Positions 38,139 through 53,929 of a stretch of 64,000 nucleotides of DNA are shown one piece after another. The translations under genes were made by a program, and so were the position numbers. This stretch comes from Eledone cirrhosa (Eukaryota). The notes under the pieces are model-generated. The model was given only the letters and a program-made list of their open reading frames with translations, did no database searches and was not told the DNA's origin. Position 1 is the stretch's first letter. Each line of letters opens with the position of its first letter. The stretch is taken from the NCBI GenBank assembly GCA_964016885.1, contig OZ024765.1, positions 8,618,001 through 8,682,000 of the forward strand, in the 5' to 3' direction.

Positions 38139-38679
38139 AATCTGTTATTTTAATAAATATATATATATATATTTGTATATATATATACATATTTGTGTAT
38201 ATATATATATACATATTTGTATATATATGTATAAATATATATATACATATTTGTATATATATGTATAAATATATATATATATATACATATTTGTATATAT
38301 ATGTATAAATATATATATATATATTTTTGTATATATATGTATAAATATATATATACATATTTGTATATATATGTATATACATATATATATATATATACAT
38401 ATTTGTATATATATGTATATATGTATATATATATATACATATTTGTATATATATGTATATACGTATATATATATATATACATATTTGTATATATATGTAT
38501 ATACATACATATATATATACATATTTGTATATATATGTATATACATACATATATATATATACATACATATATATATATATATTCATATTTGTATATATAT
38601 GTATATGCATATATATATATATACATATTTGTATATATATGTATATGCATATATATATATATATATACATATTTGTATA

Positions 38680-38712
<33 letters not shown>

Positions 38713-38717
<5 letters not shown>

Positions 38718-40648
38718 TACTTTGGGAGGGTCATGTTGCCAATAAGAAACACATGCACCAGTTGCTTTCACTTCAATTTATTATAATAAATTTATAAGTT
38801 TAGGAATTTATAAATTTCCAGTTGGTTGGTTGGTTCCACAACCAGATGGTTGTTTATATATTGTCAAAGTTCTTTCGTCACACATTCTGTGTGACCATAT
38901 AAGGAACATATGTTCAAATTTAATAGAAAAACATATGCCCAAGAGGAAGGAGCAGCCATTGGTGTTAGCATTGCAGGCGACATAGCTAACTTATTCATGG
39001 TATGGTGGGACAGTAGACTTAAACTTAAAGAACAATTAGAAGACCCCTTAACCCTGATAATGTATTCCCGCTACGTTGATGATATAAACATCATAGTTAA
39101 AACATCCCCACAAGAGAACAGTCAGGAATTAGAGAAAAACACAATGGAAAGCATCCAGCAAATAGCTAACTCCATCCACCAATGTATTAGAGTTACTATA
39201 GACTACCCAAGCAAACACCCCAACCATCGATTACCTGTACTAGACACAGAGCTCTGGTTAGATACCATTAATAACAAAAAACAAATCCTCCATTCCCATT
39301 ATGCCAAACCCATGACTTCCAAATATCTGATCCACCGAAACTCAGCTGTTTCGGACCATACCAAAATCAACATACTGATTGCGGATTTGGTACGGGTGAT
39401 GAGAAACGTGTCCCGCATGTGCAACCCCGAAGAACTAGAGAGACACATACAACACTTCATCTACCGTATGTAGTTCTCTGGTTACAATCAGAGAGATAAA
39501 ATCAGAGTGTATAGAGGAGCCAGAACCAAATGGGAAAAAATGGTAAATAATGACACAAATGGGACCTGCCCCTTGTATAGGAGCAAATTTTGGAATAGAA
39601 TAGAAAGAACTAGGAATAAGACTAATAGAATAAACTCATGGTATGATAGCAATAAATACCAGAGTGTAATGTTCATCGATACAACCCCTAGAGGTGAATT
39701 AGCTTACAAATTTAGAAGGGCCCTAGATAAACATAAACTCAATATTAAGATAGTAGAAAGACTAGGTACCTCCATAAAAACACTTATTAGCAAGACATAC
39801 CCTTTTCAAAGACCCCCTGTATAGATAAGAAATGTATAACCTGTAAATTAAGCCCCCATATTAACTGAAAAACTAGAAATGTAGTATATAGCATAAGATG
39901 TACTGAAGGACAATGTAGAGATAAAAATATAGTGTACATAGGTGAGACAGATCGTAGTGTAGGGGAACGGATAAATGAACACTGGCGAGACCTTCAAGAT
40001 AGTAAAGAATCATCTGTACTCTACCAACATGCTAAAATAGAACATAAGGGTAAATTAGAGAACATAGAAATAAAAATAGAATCTACACACAGAAAAGACG
40101 CAATGTTTAGACAAATCACAGAGGCAATAAACATAAAAGAATTACAACCAAAATTAAATAGAAAACATGAGTGGAACATCAACATCACAACTTACAATTA
40201 AGGACAAAATGAAAACACACACGCACATAGAACAAACAACCAACCATGTAAATAAACAAATAAATAAACGAATATAAACACACACAGACACCCGGATGTG
40301 GCGCATGCACAGACTGAGCACACAGCACACACACAGAAACAAGATGGCGTAGGACAGACAAAGGAGAGGCACAAAAACAAAGAAAAGAATCCCCAGTCAC
40401 TGAAGAGGTCACAGAATGTGTGACGAAAAAACTTTGACAATATATAAACAACCATCTGGTTGTGGAACCAACCAACCAACCGGAAATTTATAAATTCCTA
40501 AACTTATAAATTTATTATAATAAATTGAAGTGAAAGCAACTGGTGCGTGTGTTTCTTATTGGCAACATGACCCTCCCTAAGTATAACAATATCGGTTTCA
40601 ACACACGATTTCAGATAAAGAATCTTGCTAAACAAATTCAGAAACAAA
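38713..40648 (+). mobile_element. Penelope-like element (RT plus GIY-YIG pseudogene) with inverted pLTR at the 5' end
   Basis: GAAIG..IANLFM, YSRYVDDI, LPVLD, YIGETDRS..ERINEH, EAINIK..PKLN; in-frame stops; 38713-38896 is the reverse complement of 40407-40587. Confidence 0.9.
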
Positions 40649-40680
40649 ATATATATATACAATTATGTATATATATATAT

Positions 40681-42257
40681 CATCATCAACACCGTTTTAC
40701 GTCAGTTTTTCCATGCTAGCATGGGTTAGACGGGTTGTCCTGTTGTGAGCAGTGCCCAGTCAGCTGACCTTGTTTTGCTCATACAGGAACTGATTTTGGC
40801 TTGATTTCTACAGCTGGATGCCCTTCCTAACACCAACCTCATTTACAGTGAGTGCTGGGTGCTTTCTTTTTTCCGTGGCGCCTACACGTCCACTTTGCAG
40901 TGGGAGGGTGTGGGGGCATATTGTCTATATGCTTCAGCTTCGGCTTGTACCCGTGGGGGGTCAGGTATTCTGTATTACTGCATGACGCCAGAGGTCACGG
41001 TCGTGTGTCATCGCCTTTGAGAGGTGTAATTGGGTAAGGTCGGCTTTTATCACCTCATCCCAGGTCTTCCTGGGTCTCCCCACTCCGTGGTTTCCATCGG
41101 CTTCTAGTACTCTGCACCTTTTTATGCAGCTGTCATCCTTCATACGCATCACATGTCATACCAATGCAACCGCCTCTCCTGCACACAGCATTTGATTCCT
41201 CTTATGCTCAGTCTCTCTCTCAAATCATTTATGCTTTGCCGTTCGCGTATATTATTATTACACATCCATCGGAGCATGCAGGCTTCGTTTCTTTCTAATC
41301 TACGCAAGTCTTCCACATTAAGCGCCCAGGTCTCACTGCCATGTAACATTGCTGTTCGTATACACGCATCAGTCTGCCTTTCATTTTGAGGGAAAAGCCT
41401 TTTGCAGCTAGCAGTGGCAGTAACTCCCTGAACTTCTTCCATCCCGTTCTTGCCCTAGTTATTGTACTTTCCGAACACCCACCTTCGCTGCTAATTCGGT
41501 CACCTAGGTAGCAGTAGCTGTCTACTGTTTCTACAGAGCCCTCCCAGAGATTGGTGGTACTTGTTTCCTGTGGTTGTTTGCTGCTTGCTGTCCCAGCACA
41601 GCTGCTACATGTGAAGCCTACCTTCTTAGTTAAGCATCCTGAGATCCCGCTACATCTCTTGTGTACCCATTGTTTGTATTTGGGACAGAGAATGGAGTTC
41701 CTACCTACACCTTTCCTACATACTGAGCAAGGCCATTTCCCTGACGGGATCTGGGTTCTCTTTTCTCGTCTACTTACAAGGACCTTAGTCTTTGTCATGT
41801 TGACTTTGAGACCCTTTCTTTCTAGTCCCTGCTTCCAAGTTTGGAATTTCTTCTCTTGTTCTACCATAGATTCAGCTATAAGTGCGAGGTCATCTGCATA
41901 CAGGAGTTCCCATGGGCATCCGGTCTTAAACTCCTCCGTTATTGCCTGCAGGACTACGATGAACAGGAGAGGGCTAAGAACAGAGCCCTGGTGGACCCCA
42001 ACCTGTACGCTAAATTCCTCGCTATACTCATTGCCAATCCTAACTTTGCTGACTGCTCCCTATACATGGCTTGTACCGCTTTCACAAGCCATTCATCTAC
42101 TCCTAGTTTTCTAAGAGCCCACCAGATTACCGCACGTGGAACTCTGTCAAAGGCTTTCTCAAGGTCAACAAATGTCAAGTAGAGTGGCTTACTTTTAGCT
42201 AGGTACTTTTCCTGTAATTGCCTCACAAGGAAGAGGGCATCAGTGGTGCCTCTTCCT
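40681..42257 (-). mobile_element. RTE-clade LINE, RT core to 3' tail (frameshifted)
   Basis: FVDLEKAFDRVPR, QGSVLSP, LYADDL, PHD-like cluster, MLHGSETW, 3' UTR and (GAT)n tail. Confidence 0.92.
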
Positions 42258-42259
42258 GG

Positions 42260-42300
<41 letters not shown>

Positions 42301-42384
42301 GTATATCCAGGAAGTGTAACTTGGATTACTGCAGGTTCACCCGGGTGAGCACTCGATGTTTAGGTTCACTTCTGTGTCGAGGTG

Positions 42385-43640
42385 TAGAGCTGGGCAAAGT
42401 GTATTATATTGAAAAGATAACAAGGACGATTGGTTACTCCTATAGAGTGTCCACCCTGTCAGCAAATGGAACTATCTTCAACCAGCACGCGGAATACTAC
42501 AACTCCGCACTTGAAAAGGCTGGTTACATTGAGAAGATTTGATACAATGACCCAACTAGAACTGTAACACCGCTAAACATAATCAGATCCTTAGAAACGA
42601 ACATAGTCGAGGACACCACACCTAGAACAAATAATAACCTAAGACCCTCTTTAGCCGGCAGGGCACGCAGCGTCACACACAACTGCCAAGGAGATAAAGC
42701 TATACTCTCCAACCCCAATAAGGACTTTGACTATTGCACACGTTTACGTAGTAATAGAGACAAAAGACATAACGCCAATAGATTAGTAGGAACCCCTATG
42801 ACACATACGCATGACCAAAACGCACCCACACTACCATCTAACCACAAAAACCTCACCAAACACCGTAAAGCCCGAAGTTGACCTGTCACATGGTACAACG
42901 CCCCGTATTCTATACACATTGCCACCAACATACCGGGAACCTTCTTCAGGGCTTTGGAACAATCTTTTCCACACACACATAAATACTACAAGCTCACACT
43001 GTAAAATTCTCTTTCTCCACAGCACCAAATCTAGGCCACACAATAGCACACACTAATAGGACAAAAATACGCAAACACATGGTTGCCCCACAACAATCCA
43101 CTACCACAACCCACAACGAAACCACATACACAACACTACACAACAACCCACATGCCAGCTCCACACAGCATACCACCAACCGACAACGTGCCACCACACC
43201 GGTAACACCCAATTGCAACTGCAAAAAACGGGCTGAATGCCCACTAAACGGGGAGTGCCTCGTTAAAAACATTGTTTACTGGTGTGACGTCTCAGCTGGC
43301 AATAAGGAGTACTCATACATAGGTGTGACCTCCACTACGCTTAAGGAGCGCTGGTATAACCATAGAAGCTCCTTTAAACATAGGCTGAAACGATCCCAAA
43401 CTAGACAGGCCGATTTGATCTGGGACCTCAAGGACAGAATATCGAATTCCAGATCATATGGGCAGTCAAAAGATGCGTGGCCCAACTCCCCAGTGACAGA
43501 AACCACTGCAGGTTATGCCTGGCCGAGGCAGCTGAGATAATTAAATTAAAATCTGCCATAAACTATAGGTCGGACATAATTATCATTTGCAGACACACCA
43601 GGTTGTACACCTTCTCTGCACAAACATTCGGCTGAGGGCC
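42385..43640 (+). mobile_element. Penelope-like element fragment (thumb/linker plus GIY-YIG)
   Basis: WYNAPYS..TNI, CNCKKRAECPLNGECLVKNIVY..YIGVTSTTLKERWYNH. Confidence 0.85.
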
Positions 43641-43755
43641 GCACACTAACCGTGACCCAACATAATATTAACCACCTTTGCCCTGTCTCACCGTCCCCCA
43701 TCTCAGTGGTGTGGATGGGGTGTGGGTAGTGGGACGGGGGTGTATTTTGTTAGAG

Positions 43756-44616
<861 letters not shown>

Positions 44617-46126
44617 CTTAGGGTAAACATTGATGCGATTGAATTCAAGCACTCTACGTACTTATTCCACATAGGAGTGACGGAGTATATATTGAATAAG
44701 AAAAAGTGAAGTAGTTTCAGATGTTCAAGTCCTTTAATGATAACGCTGTGATACATATTTCAATGACAACAGTGGCCACCCGGTTCGGTGTGCCCAGTGC
44801 CGTAACATCATCAGACAGCTTGTTACATAATAAGGTTATGTTTCCGAGGCAATCCAAATTGAATCGACATGGGAACGGACGAGCGTGTGCTCTTGAGTTC
44901 TTCGCCCATTCCCTTGTGAGTCCCAATTCACCCCCACCGGTCTGCGCAGGTGCAGGTCCGAAGGAAGTTGACCATCAACTACCGCAGAGTTCTACGAAAC
45001 TCTAGCCTAGGCAGGTCCCCCCTCACCCAAACAATGACCCCATCCAACCTGTAATATGACACGGTTATAGTTTACTGCTAGCCAGCCGAAAGATAGTGGG
45101 GGTGGGGAGTATGAGTATCGATTGGTCTCAATACTACCTCTAAATTAAGCATGGACAGTAGAATTGACCATCTCCCGCAAAGAGAAACTATACTTATTTC
45201 TAGGTATTATGGTTTCACAGTGAAGATTATGAATGAGAGTTGGAAATTAAAATTAAAAATTAAGAATTAAAAATTAAAAATTAAAAATTAAAAATTAAGA
45301 ATTAAAAATTAAAAATCAAAAATTAAAAAATTAAAAAATTAAAAATTAAAAATTAAAAATAAAAAATTAAAAAATAAAAAAAAATTACAAGTTAGAATCT
45401 AGATTGAAGTAAGTAAAGAAATATATATACATATAATCAGTAATAAATAGGGAGATGTTTAAATTATTTTAAGAAGTTTTGAAAGGGGGATCAATATGAG
45501 AGATATATTATCCACATATTAAACGATAGTACCATACAGTAGAACGGAGGGTAAATTACAGTATGAGAGGTACTAGTTAGGCAAATACATAGTTAATATC
45601 TCTATCACATGGAACAAAACACAAAATACAAAATATGAATTACGCAAAAAAAATACAAAAAAATACATAAAAAACATAGATGCAAAATGAGATACATATG
45701 TAAAATGATATATGAGATATATACGAGAAACATATACGAGCATGGAAATGAGGGTATACGTGGTTAACGTGATTGTCAATTTATCCATATAAAGATTTAT
45801 TGTCTGGTGAAGTGAGGGGGCTTCTGTTCAAGGCCTCGTATATATATGTATATATATGTTAAGGGTGAACGCAGCGATTCTTTGCTTAAACTTTAATCTG
45901 TTATTTTAATAAATATATATATGTATATATATATGTATATATATATATGTATATATATATATGTATATTTATATATGTATATATATATATGTATATATAT
46001 ATATGTATATATATATATAATATATATATATATGTATATATATATATGTATATATATGTATATATATATATGTATATATATATGTATATATATACATGTA
46101 TATATATATATATGTATATATATATG

Positions 46127-46158
<32 letters not shown>

Positions 46159-46286
46159 TGTATATATATATGTATATATACATGACCCTCCCAAAGTATA
46201 ACAATATCGGTTTCAACACACGATTTCAGATAAAGAATCTTGCTAAACAAATTCAGAAACGAAATATATATATATATGTATATATG

Positions 46287-46321
<35 letters not shown>

Positions 46322-46620
46322 ATATATATATATGTATTTATATATATATATGTATTTATATATATGTATATGTATATATGTATATATGTATGTATATATG
46401 TATATATATATGTATATATGTATATGTATATATATATGTATATATATATGTATATGTATATGTATATATATGTATATGTATATATATATATATGTATATA
46501 TATGTATATGTATATATATATATGTATATATATATGTATATATATATGTATATATATATGTATATGTATATGTATATGTATATATATATGTATATATATA
46601 TGTATATATATATGTATATA

Positions 46621-46655
<35 letters not shown>

Positions 46656-46819
46656 ATATATGTATATGTATATATATATGTATATGTATATATATATGTA
46701 TATGTACATATATATGTATATATATATATGTATATGTATATATAGTTGTATATATATATGTACACATGTATATATATATGTATATATATATATGTATATA
46801 TGCATGTATCCGAACAGCA

Positions 46820-46850
<31 letters not shown>

Positions 46851-46859
46851 CGTGTATAT

Positions 46860-47515
46860 AAACAGCAATGTTGCATGGTAGTGAGACCTGGGCGCTGAAG
46901 GTGGAAGACTTACGTAGATTAGAAAGAAATGAAGCCTGCATGCTCCAATGGATGTGTAATAGTAATATACGCGAACGACAAAGCATAAATGAATTGAGAG
47001 AGAGACTGAGCATAAGAGGAATCAAATGCTGTGTGCAGGAGAGGCGGTTGCGTTGGTATGGACATGTGATGCGTATGAAGGATGACAGCTGCATAAAAAG
47101 GTGCAGAGCACTAGAAGTCGATAGAAACCGCGAAGTGGGGAGATCCAAGATGACCTGGGATGAGGTGATAAAAGCCGACCTTACCCAATTACACCTCTCA
47201 AAGGCGATGACACACGACCGTGACCTCTGAGTACCCGACCTCCCATGGGTACAAGCTGAAGCATATAGACAATATGCCCCCACACCCTCCCACTGCAAAG
47301 TGGCCGTGTAGGCACCACGGAAAAAAGCACCCAGCACTCACTGTAAATGAGGTTGGTGTTAGGAAGGGCATCCAGCTGTAGAAATCAAGCCAGAATCAGT
47401 TCCTGTATGAGCAAGACAAGGTCAGCTGACTGGGCACTGCCCATACCAGGACAACCCGTCTAACCCATGCTAGCGTGGAAGAACGGACGTAAAACTGTGA
47501 TGGTGATGATGATGA
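46860..47515 (+). mobile_element. RTE-clade LINE 3' end with complete 3' UTR
   Basis: [19 protein letters not shown]; 3' UTR contains the SINE tail sequence; (GAT)n end. Confidence 0.9.
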
Positions 47516-47624
47516 TATATATATGTATATGTGTATATATATGTATATGTATAAATATATATATATGTATATGTGTATATATATTTATATGTGAATATAT
47601 ATGCATATGTGTACATATATGTAC

Positions 47625-47668
<44 letters not shown>

Positions 47669-47963
47669 TTGTATATGTGTATATATATGTATATGTGTAT
47701 ATATATGTATATGTATGTATATGTATGTATATGTATATGTATGTATATGTATGTATATGTGAATATATATGTATATGTGTATGTATATGTATATGTGTAT
47801 GTATATGTATATATATATATATATATATGTGAATATATATATGTATATATATATATGTATATGTATGTATATGTATATATATGAATATGTATATATATAT
47901 ATATATATGTATATATATGTATATATATATATATATATGTATATATATGTATATGTATGTATA

Positions 47964-48295
47964 TCATCATCATTTCATTTTACGTCCGCTTTTCCCTGCT
48001 TGCAAGGGTGGGACGGGAACTAATTCTGGCATGATTTCTACAGCTGGATGCCCTTCCTAAGACCAACCTCATTTACAGTGAGTGCTGGGTGCTTTTTTTC
48101 CGTGGCACCTCCACGACCACTTTGCAGTGGAATGATAGGGACCCCAGTCCCAATCATCCTATTTCTACAGCTGAGTAAACTGGAGCAATGTGAAATAAAG
48201 TGTCTTGCTCAAGGAAACAACACATCACCCGGTCCGAGAATTGAACTCACCTTTCGATTGCAAGGCCAATGCTCTAATAACTAAGCCAGATGCCT
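47964..48295 (-). mobile_element. tRNA-derived SINE
   Basis: reverse complement of the 20151 family. Confidence 0.9.
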
Positions 48296-48309
48296 CTCTC
48301 TCTCTCTCT

Positions 48310-48409
<100 letters not shown>

Positions 48410-48560
48410 CGTGGAACATGGACGTTAAATTATGATGAAGGTGTATATATAAATATATATATAGGAATTTACAAACATAAACTCATCATCATACATTGAT
48501 GATGATATGTATGTAAACACATAGAATTATGCTGGAAGGTTTTAGAGAAATATAAACATT

Positions 48561-49855
48561 TTAACCCTTTCATTACCATATTTCTAATGAAAGACACTGT
48601 CTATGTCTTTAACCCTTTCATTACCATATTTCTAATGAAAGACACTGCCTATTTCTTTAATCCTTTCATTACCATATTTCTAATGAAAGACACTGTCTAT
48701 GTCTTTAACCCTTTCATTGCCATATTTCTAATGAAAGACACTGCCTATGTCTTTAACCCTTTCATTACCATATTTCTAATGAAAGACACTGTCTATGTCA
48801 TTAACCATTTCATTACCATATTTCTAATGAAAGATACTGTCTATGTCATTAACCCTTTCATTACCATATTTCTAATGAAAGACACTGTCTATGTCATTAA
48901 CCATTTGATTACCATATTTCTAATGAAAGACACTGTCTATGTCTTTAACCCTTTCATTACCATATTTCTAATGAAAGACACTGTCTATGTCTTTAACCCT
49001 TTCATTACGATATTTCTAATGAAAGACACTGTCTATGTCATTAACCATTTCATTACTATATTTCTAATGAAAGACACTGTCTATGTCATTAACCATTTCA
49101 TTACCATATTTCTAATGAAAGACACTGTCTATGTCTTTAACCCTTTCATTACCATATTTCTAATGAAAGACACTGTCTATGTCATTAACCATTTCATTAC
49201 CATATTTCTAATGAAAGACACTGTCTATGTCTTTAACCCTTCCATTACCATATTTCTAATGAAAGACACTGTCTATGTCTTTAACCCTTCCATTACCATA
49301 TTTCTAATGAAAGACACTGTCTATGTCTTTAACCCTTCCATTACCATATTTCTAATGAAAGACACTGTCTATGTCATTAACCATTTCATTACCATATTTC
49401 TAATGAAAGACACTGTCTATGTCTTTAACCCTTCCATTACCATATTTCTAATGAAAGACACTGTCTATGTCTTTAACCCTTCCATTACCATATTTCTAAT
49501 GAAAGACACTGTCTATGTCTTTAACCCTTTCATTACCATATTTCTAATGAAAGACACTGTCTATGTCATTAACCATTTCATTACCATATTTCTAATGAAA
49601 GACACTGTCTATGTCTTTAACCCTTCCATTACCATATTTCTAATGAAAGACACTGTCTATGTCTTTAACCCTTCCATTACCATATTTCTAATGAAAGACA
49701 CTGTCTATGTCATTAACCATTTCATTACCATATTTCTAATGAAAGACACCGTCTATGTCTTTAACCCTTTCATTACCATATTTCTAATGAAAGACACTGT
49801 CTATGTCATTAACCCTTTTATTACCATATTTCTAATGAAAGACACTGTCTATGTT
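48561..49855 (+). repeat. 48-bp minisatellite (~27 copies) made from the TTAACCCTTT terminus of a second TTAA-type MITE
   Basis: unit TTAACCCTTTCATTACCATATTTCTAATGAAAGACACTGTCTATGTC(T/A); runs into non-repetitive element body at 49856-50030. Confidence 0.92.
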
Positions 49856-50115
49856 TTTCCAAATAATTTTGAAAATAATCAACAATTTGGAGAGATTTAG
49901 TAATATAACTAACTATTACATTATTAAGATGGTGTTTAGGACATAACTTAACAAAGGTTCTTACATAAATTTTTGATGGAAGGTTTTCAGATAAATATAA
50001 ACATTTTTAAATAAGCAGTTTTGTATCGTCTCACGTAGTTTGGGACATAACTTAAGAAAGGTTCTTACATAAGATTCTGATGCATTGTTTTTTTAGACAA
50101 TGATAAGCCCTTTAA

Positions 50116-52210
50116 CCCTTTACAATACTCTATATATACTATTGTATTTTCACATTAAAGGCTTTACCTCATAATATCTCACATAACATTTACATTACTC
50201 TATATATACTATTGTATTTTCACAGTAAAGACTTTACCTCACATAATATCTCACATAACATTTACATTACTCTATATATACTATTGTATTTTCACAGTAA
50301 AGGCTTTAATTCATATAATATCTCACATAACATTTACATTACTCTATATATACTATTGTATTTTCACAGTAAAGGCTTTACCTCACATAACATTTACATT
50401 ACTCTATATATACTATTGTATTTTCACAGTAAAGGCTTTACCTCACATATTATCTCACATAACATTTACATTACTCTATATATACTATAGTATTTTCACA
50501 GTAAATACTTTACCTCACATAACATTTACATTACTCTATATATACTATTGTATTTTCACAGTAAAGGCTTTACCTCACATAATATCTCACATAACATTTA
50601 CATTACACTATATATACTATAGTATTTTCACAGTAAATACTTTACCTCACATAACATTTACATTACTCTATATATACTATTGTATTTTCACAGTAAAGGC
50701 TTTACCTCACATAACATTTACATTACTCTATATATACTATTGTATTTTCACAGTAAAGGCTTTACCTCACATATTATCTCACATAACATTTACATTACTC
50801 TATATATACTATAGTATTTTCACAGTAAATACTTTACCTCACATAACATTTACATTACTCTATATATACTATTGTATTTTCACAGTAAAGGCTTTACCTC
50901 ACATAATATCTCACATAACATTTACATTACACTATATATACTATAGTATTTTCACAGTAAATACTTTACCTCACATAACATTTACATTACACTATATATA
51001 CTATTGTATTTTCACAGTAAAGGCTTTACCTCACATAACATTTACATTACTCTATATATACTATTGTATTTTCACAGTAAAGGCTTTACCTCACATATTA
51101 TCTCACATAACATTTACATTACTCTATATATACTATAGTATTTTCACAGTAAATACTTTACCTCACATAACATTTACATTACTCTATATATACTATTGTA
51201 TTTTCACAGTAAAGGCTTTACCTCACATAATATCTCACATAACATTTACATTACACTATATATACTATAGTATTTTCACAGTAAATACTTTACCTCACAT
51301 AACATTTACATTACACTATATATACTATTGTATTTTCACAGTAAAGGCTTTACCTCACATAACATTTACATTACTCTATATATACTATTGTATTTTCACA
51401 GTAAAGGCTTTACCTCACATATTATCTCACATAACATTTACATTACTCTATATATACTATAGTATTTTCACAGTAAATACTTTACCTCACATAACATTTA
51501 CATTACTCTATATATACTATTGTATTTTCACAGTAAAGGCTTTACCTCACATAATATCTCACATAACATTTACATTACACTATATATACTATAGTATTTT
51601 CACAGTAAATACTTTACCTCACATAACATTTACATTACACTATATATACTATTGTATTTTCACAGTAAAGGCTTTACCTCACATAACATTTACATTACTC
51701 TATATATACTATTGTATTTTCACAGTAAAGGCTTTACCTCACATATTATCTCACATAACATTTACATTACTCTATATATACTATAGTATTTTCACAGTAA
51801 ATACTTTACCTCACATAACATTTACATTACTCTATATATACTATAGTATTTTCACAGTAAATACTTTACCTCACATAACATTTACATTACACTATATATA
51901 CTATAGTATTTTCACAGTAAATACTTTACCTCACATAACATTTACATTACACTATATATACTATAGTATTTTCACAGTAAATACTTTACCTCACATAATA
52001 TTTACATTACTCTATATATACTATTGTATTTTCCCAGTAAAGGCTTTACTTTACATAATACCTCACATAATATCGAATCTATGAGATTTTGATGCTATTT
52101 ATTTTGTGTACAATACCTTAACATCAGTATGAGCAGCCAGATACAGCCAGTTTGAACAGAAAGAGGTGAGAGAATTCTGGCCGGATATGGCCAGTTTAAA
52201 TGCTAAAGGG
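50116..52210 (+). mobile_element. TTAA-flanked MITE with internal 72/60-bp tandem array (LINE-free sister of 26488-33542)
   Basis: TTAA|CCCTTTA ... TAAATGCTAAAGGG|TTAA; internal units of 72 bp and a 12-bp-deleted 60-bp variant. Confidence 0.85.
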
Positions 52211-52353
52211 TTAATAGAGACAGTAAAAAGACTGATATCATAGAAAAGGGTCCAGTTTTGGGTCAGTTTGGTAATTGAAAGCTTTAAAATATTTTAACAT
52301 CTGCTGGGCAACAGCTCGTCACATCTCTCCTCATTTTCTTTTCTCTGTCTCAG

Positions 52354-52433
52354 ATCACAATATCTGGTCTGTTGTGCCCACAATTACTGAGGTTTTCAAT
52401 GGAGTATTCCACCAGTATTCTTTCATATTCTGG
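52354..52433 (+). CDS. candidate 80-nt internal exon of an unidentified host gene
   Basis: pyrimidine tract TTTTCTTTTCTCTGTCTCAG acceptor and TGG|GTGAGT donor; two frames open (xHNIWSVVPTITEVFNGVFHQYSFIFW or ITISGLLCPQLLRFSMEYSTSILSYS). Confidence 0.35.
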
Positions 52434-52671
52434 GTGAGTATGCCCTCTATATCACTGCAACTTCTTATATTGTGATCTTTGGGACTCACCTTTCTATGGG
52501 TTGCACACTATAAGGTTTGGGCCATGACAGCATATCTGATAGACAGATATTATAATGATGTGGTGAGTACGACCCCCTACATCACTATAATTTCTTATAT
52601 TGGGGGTTTTGGGGACTCACATTTCTACAGATTGCATTCTATAAAGCAGGAGTCGCAACCCCCAGCCCGTA

Positions 52672-53369
52672 GGTCACATCTGGCCCTCACGTCACATCTG
52701 GCCCTCAGGTCACATCTGGCCCTCACGTCACATCTGGCCCTCACGTCACATCTGGCCCTCACGTCACATCTGGCCCTCAGGTCACATCTGGCCCTCACGT
52801 CACATCTGGCCCTCAGGTCACATCTGGCCCTCAGGTCACATCTGGCCCTCAGGTCACATCTGGCCCTCAGGTCACATCTGGCCCTCAGGTCACATCTGGC
52901 CCTCAAGTCACATCTGGCCCTCAAGTCACATCTGGCCCTCACGTCACATCTGGCCCTCAAGTCACATCTGGCCCTCAGGTCACATCTGGCCCTCAGGTCA
53001 CATCTGGCCCTCAGGTCACATCTGGCCCTCAAGTCACATCTGGCCCTCAGGTCACATCTGGCCCTCAGGTCACATCTGGCCCTCAGGTCACATCTGGCCC
53101 TCAGGTCACATCTGGCCCTCAAGTCACATCTGGCCCTCAAGTCACATCTGGCCCTCAGGTCACATCTGGCCCTCAGGTCACATCTGGCCCTCAGGTCACA
53201 TCTGGCCCTCACGTCACATCTGGCCCTCAGGTCACATCTGGCCCTCAGGTCACATCTGGCCCTCACGTCACATCTGGCCCTCACGTCACATCTGGCCCTC
53301 AGGTCACATCTGGCCCTCACGTCACATCTGGCCCTCACGTCACATCTGGCCCTCAGGTCACATCTGGCC
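52672..53369. repeat. 18-bp minisatellite (~38 copies)
   Basis: unit GTCACATCTGGCCCTCA(G/C/A). Confidence 0.95.
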
Positions 53370-53510
53370 ATCAAAGAATTTTTGTCCACCTCGCCAACAG
53401 GTTTCAATCTTAGGTTAAGAGATCCCTGAAAATTTGCTCTGAATTATTTTGGATTAGAATACCGACTAGAGAACACGTTTAGCCACAAGACTCACTTAGC
53501 TGTGACAGTA

Positions 53511-53747
53511 CAGGGGTGGTGGCACTCAGGGGGAACGCGGTCCCCTACCCCAATAATTATATTTTCTCCCCAAACTACCAAAACATATCTATTTGTATAT
53601 GCTCTACAATTTATGTACATGCTATGTTTATTGTATATCAAAGTTTTCTGACCATTTTAGAGTGTAAACAGCTAAACTAATCACTACAACTAAATTCACC
53701 AAATTTGTCCCCAGCCCCTCAATTCAGAAATGTTTCCACCGTCCCTG
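53511..53747. mobile_element. small nested MITE (CAGGG termini)
   Basis: CAGGGGTGGTGG ... CCACCGTCCCTG imperfect TIR; TSD not evident. Confidence 0.45.
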
Positions 53748-53929
53748 TGGTAACAAACAATTAAACTCAGACAGATAGAATTGTCACACATTCAAAGTCA
53801 AAGGGACTGTATGTATGTGTGTGTGTGTGTATTCGTGTATATACAAATATACACCCCACCCCACTCCCCCTACTCCCCCACCCTACTCCCCCACCCTACT
53901 CCCCCACCCACTCCCCCACCCCACTCCCA

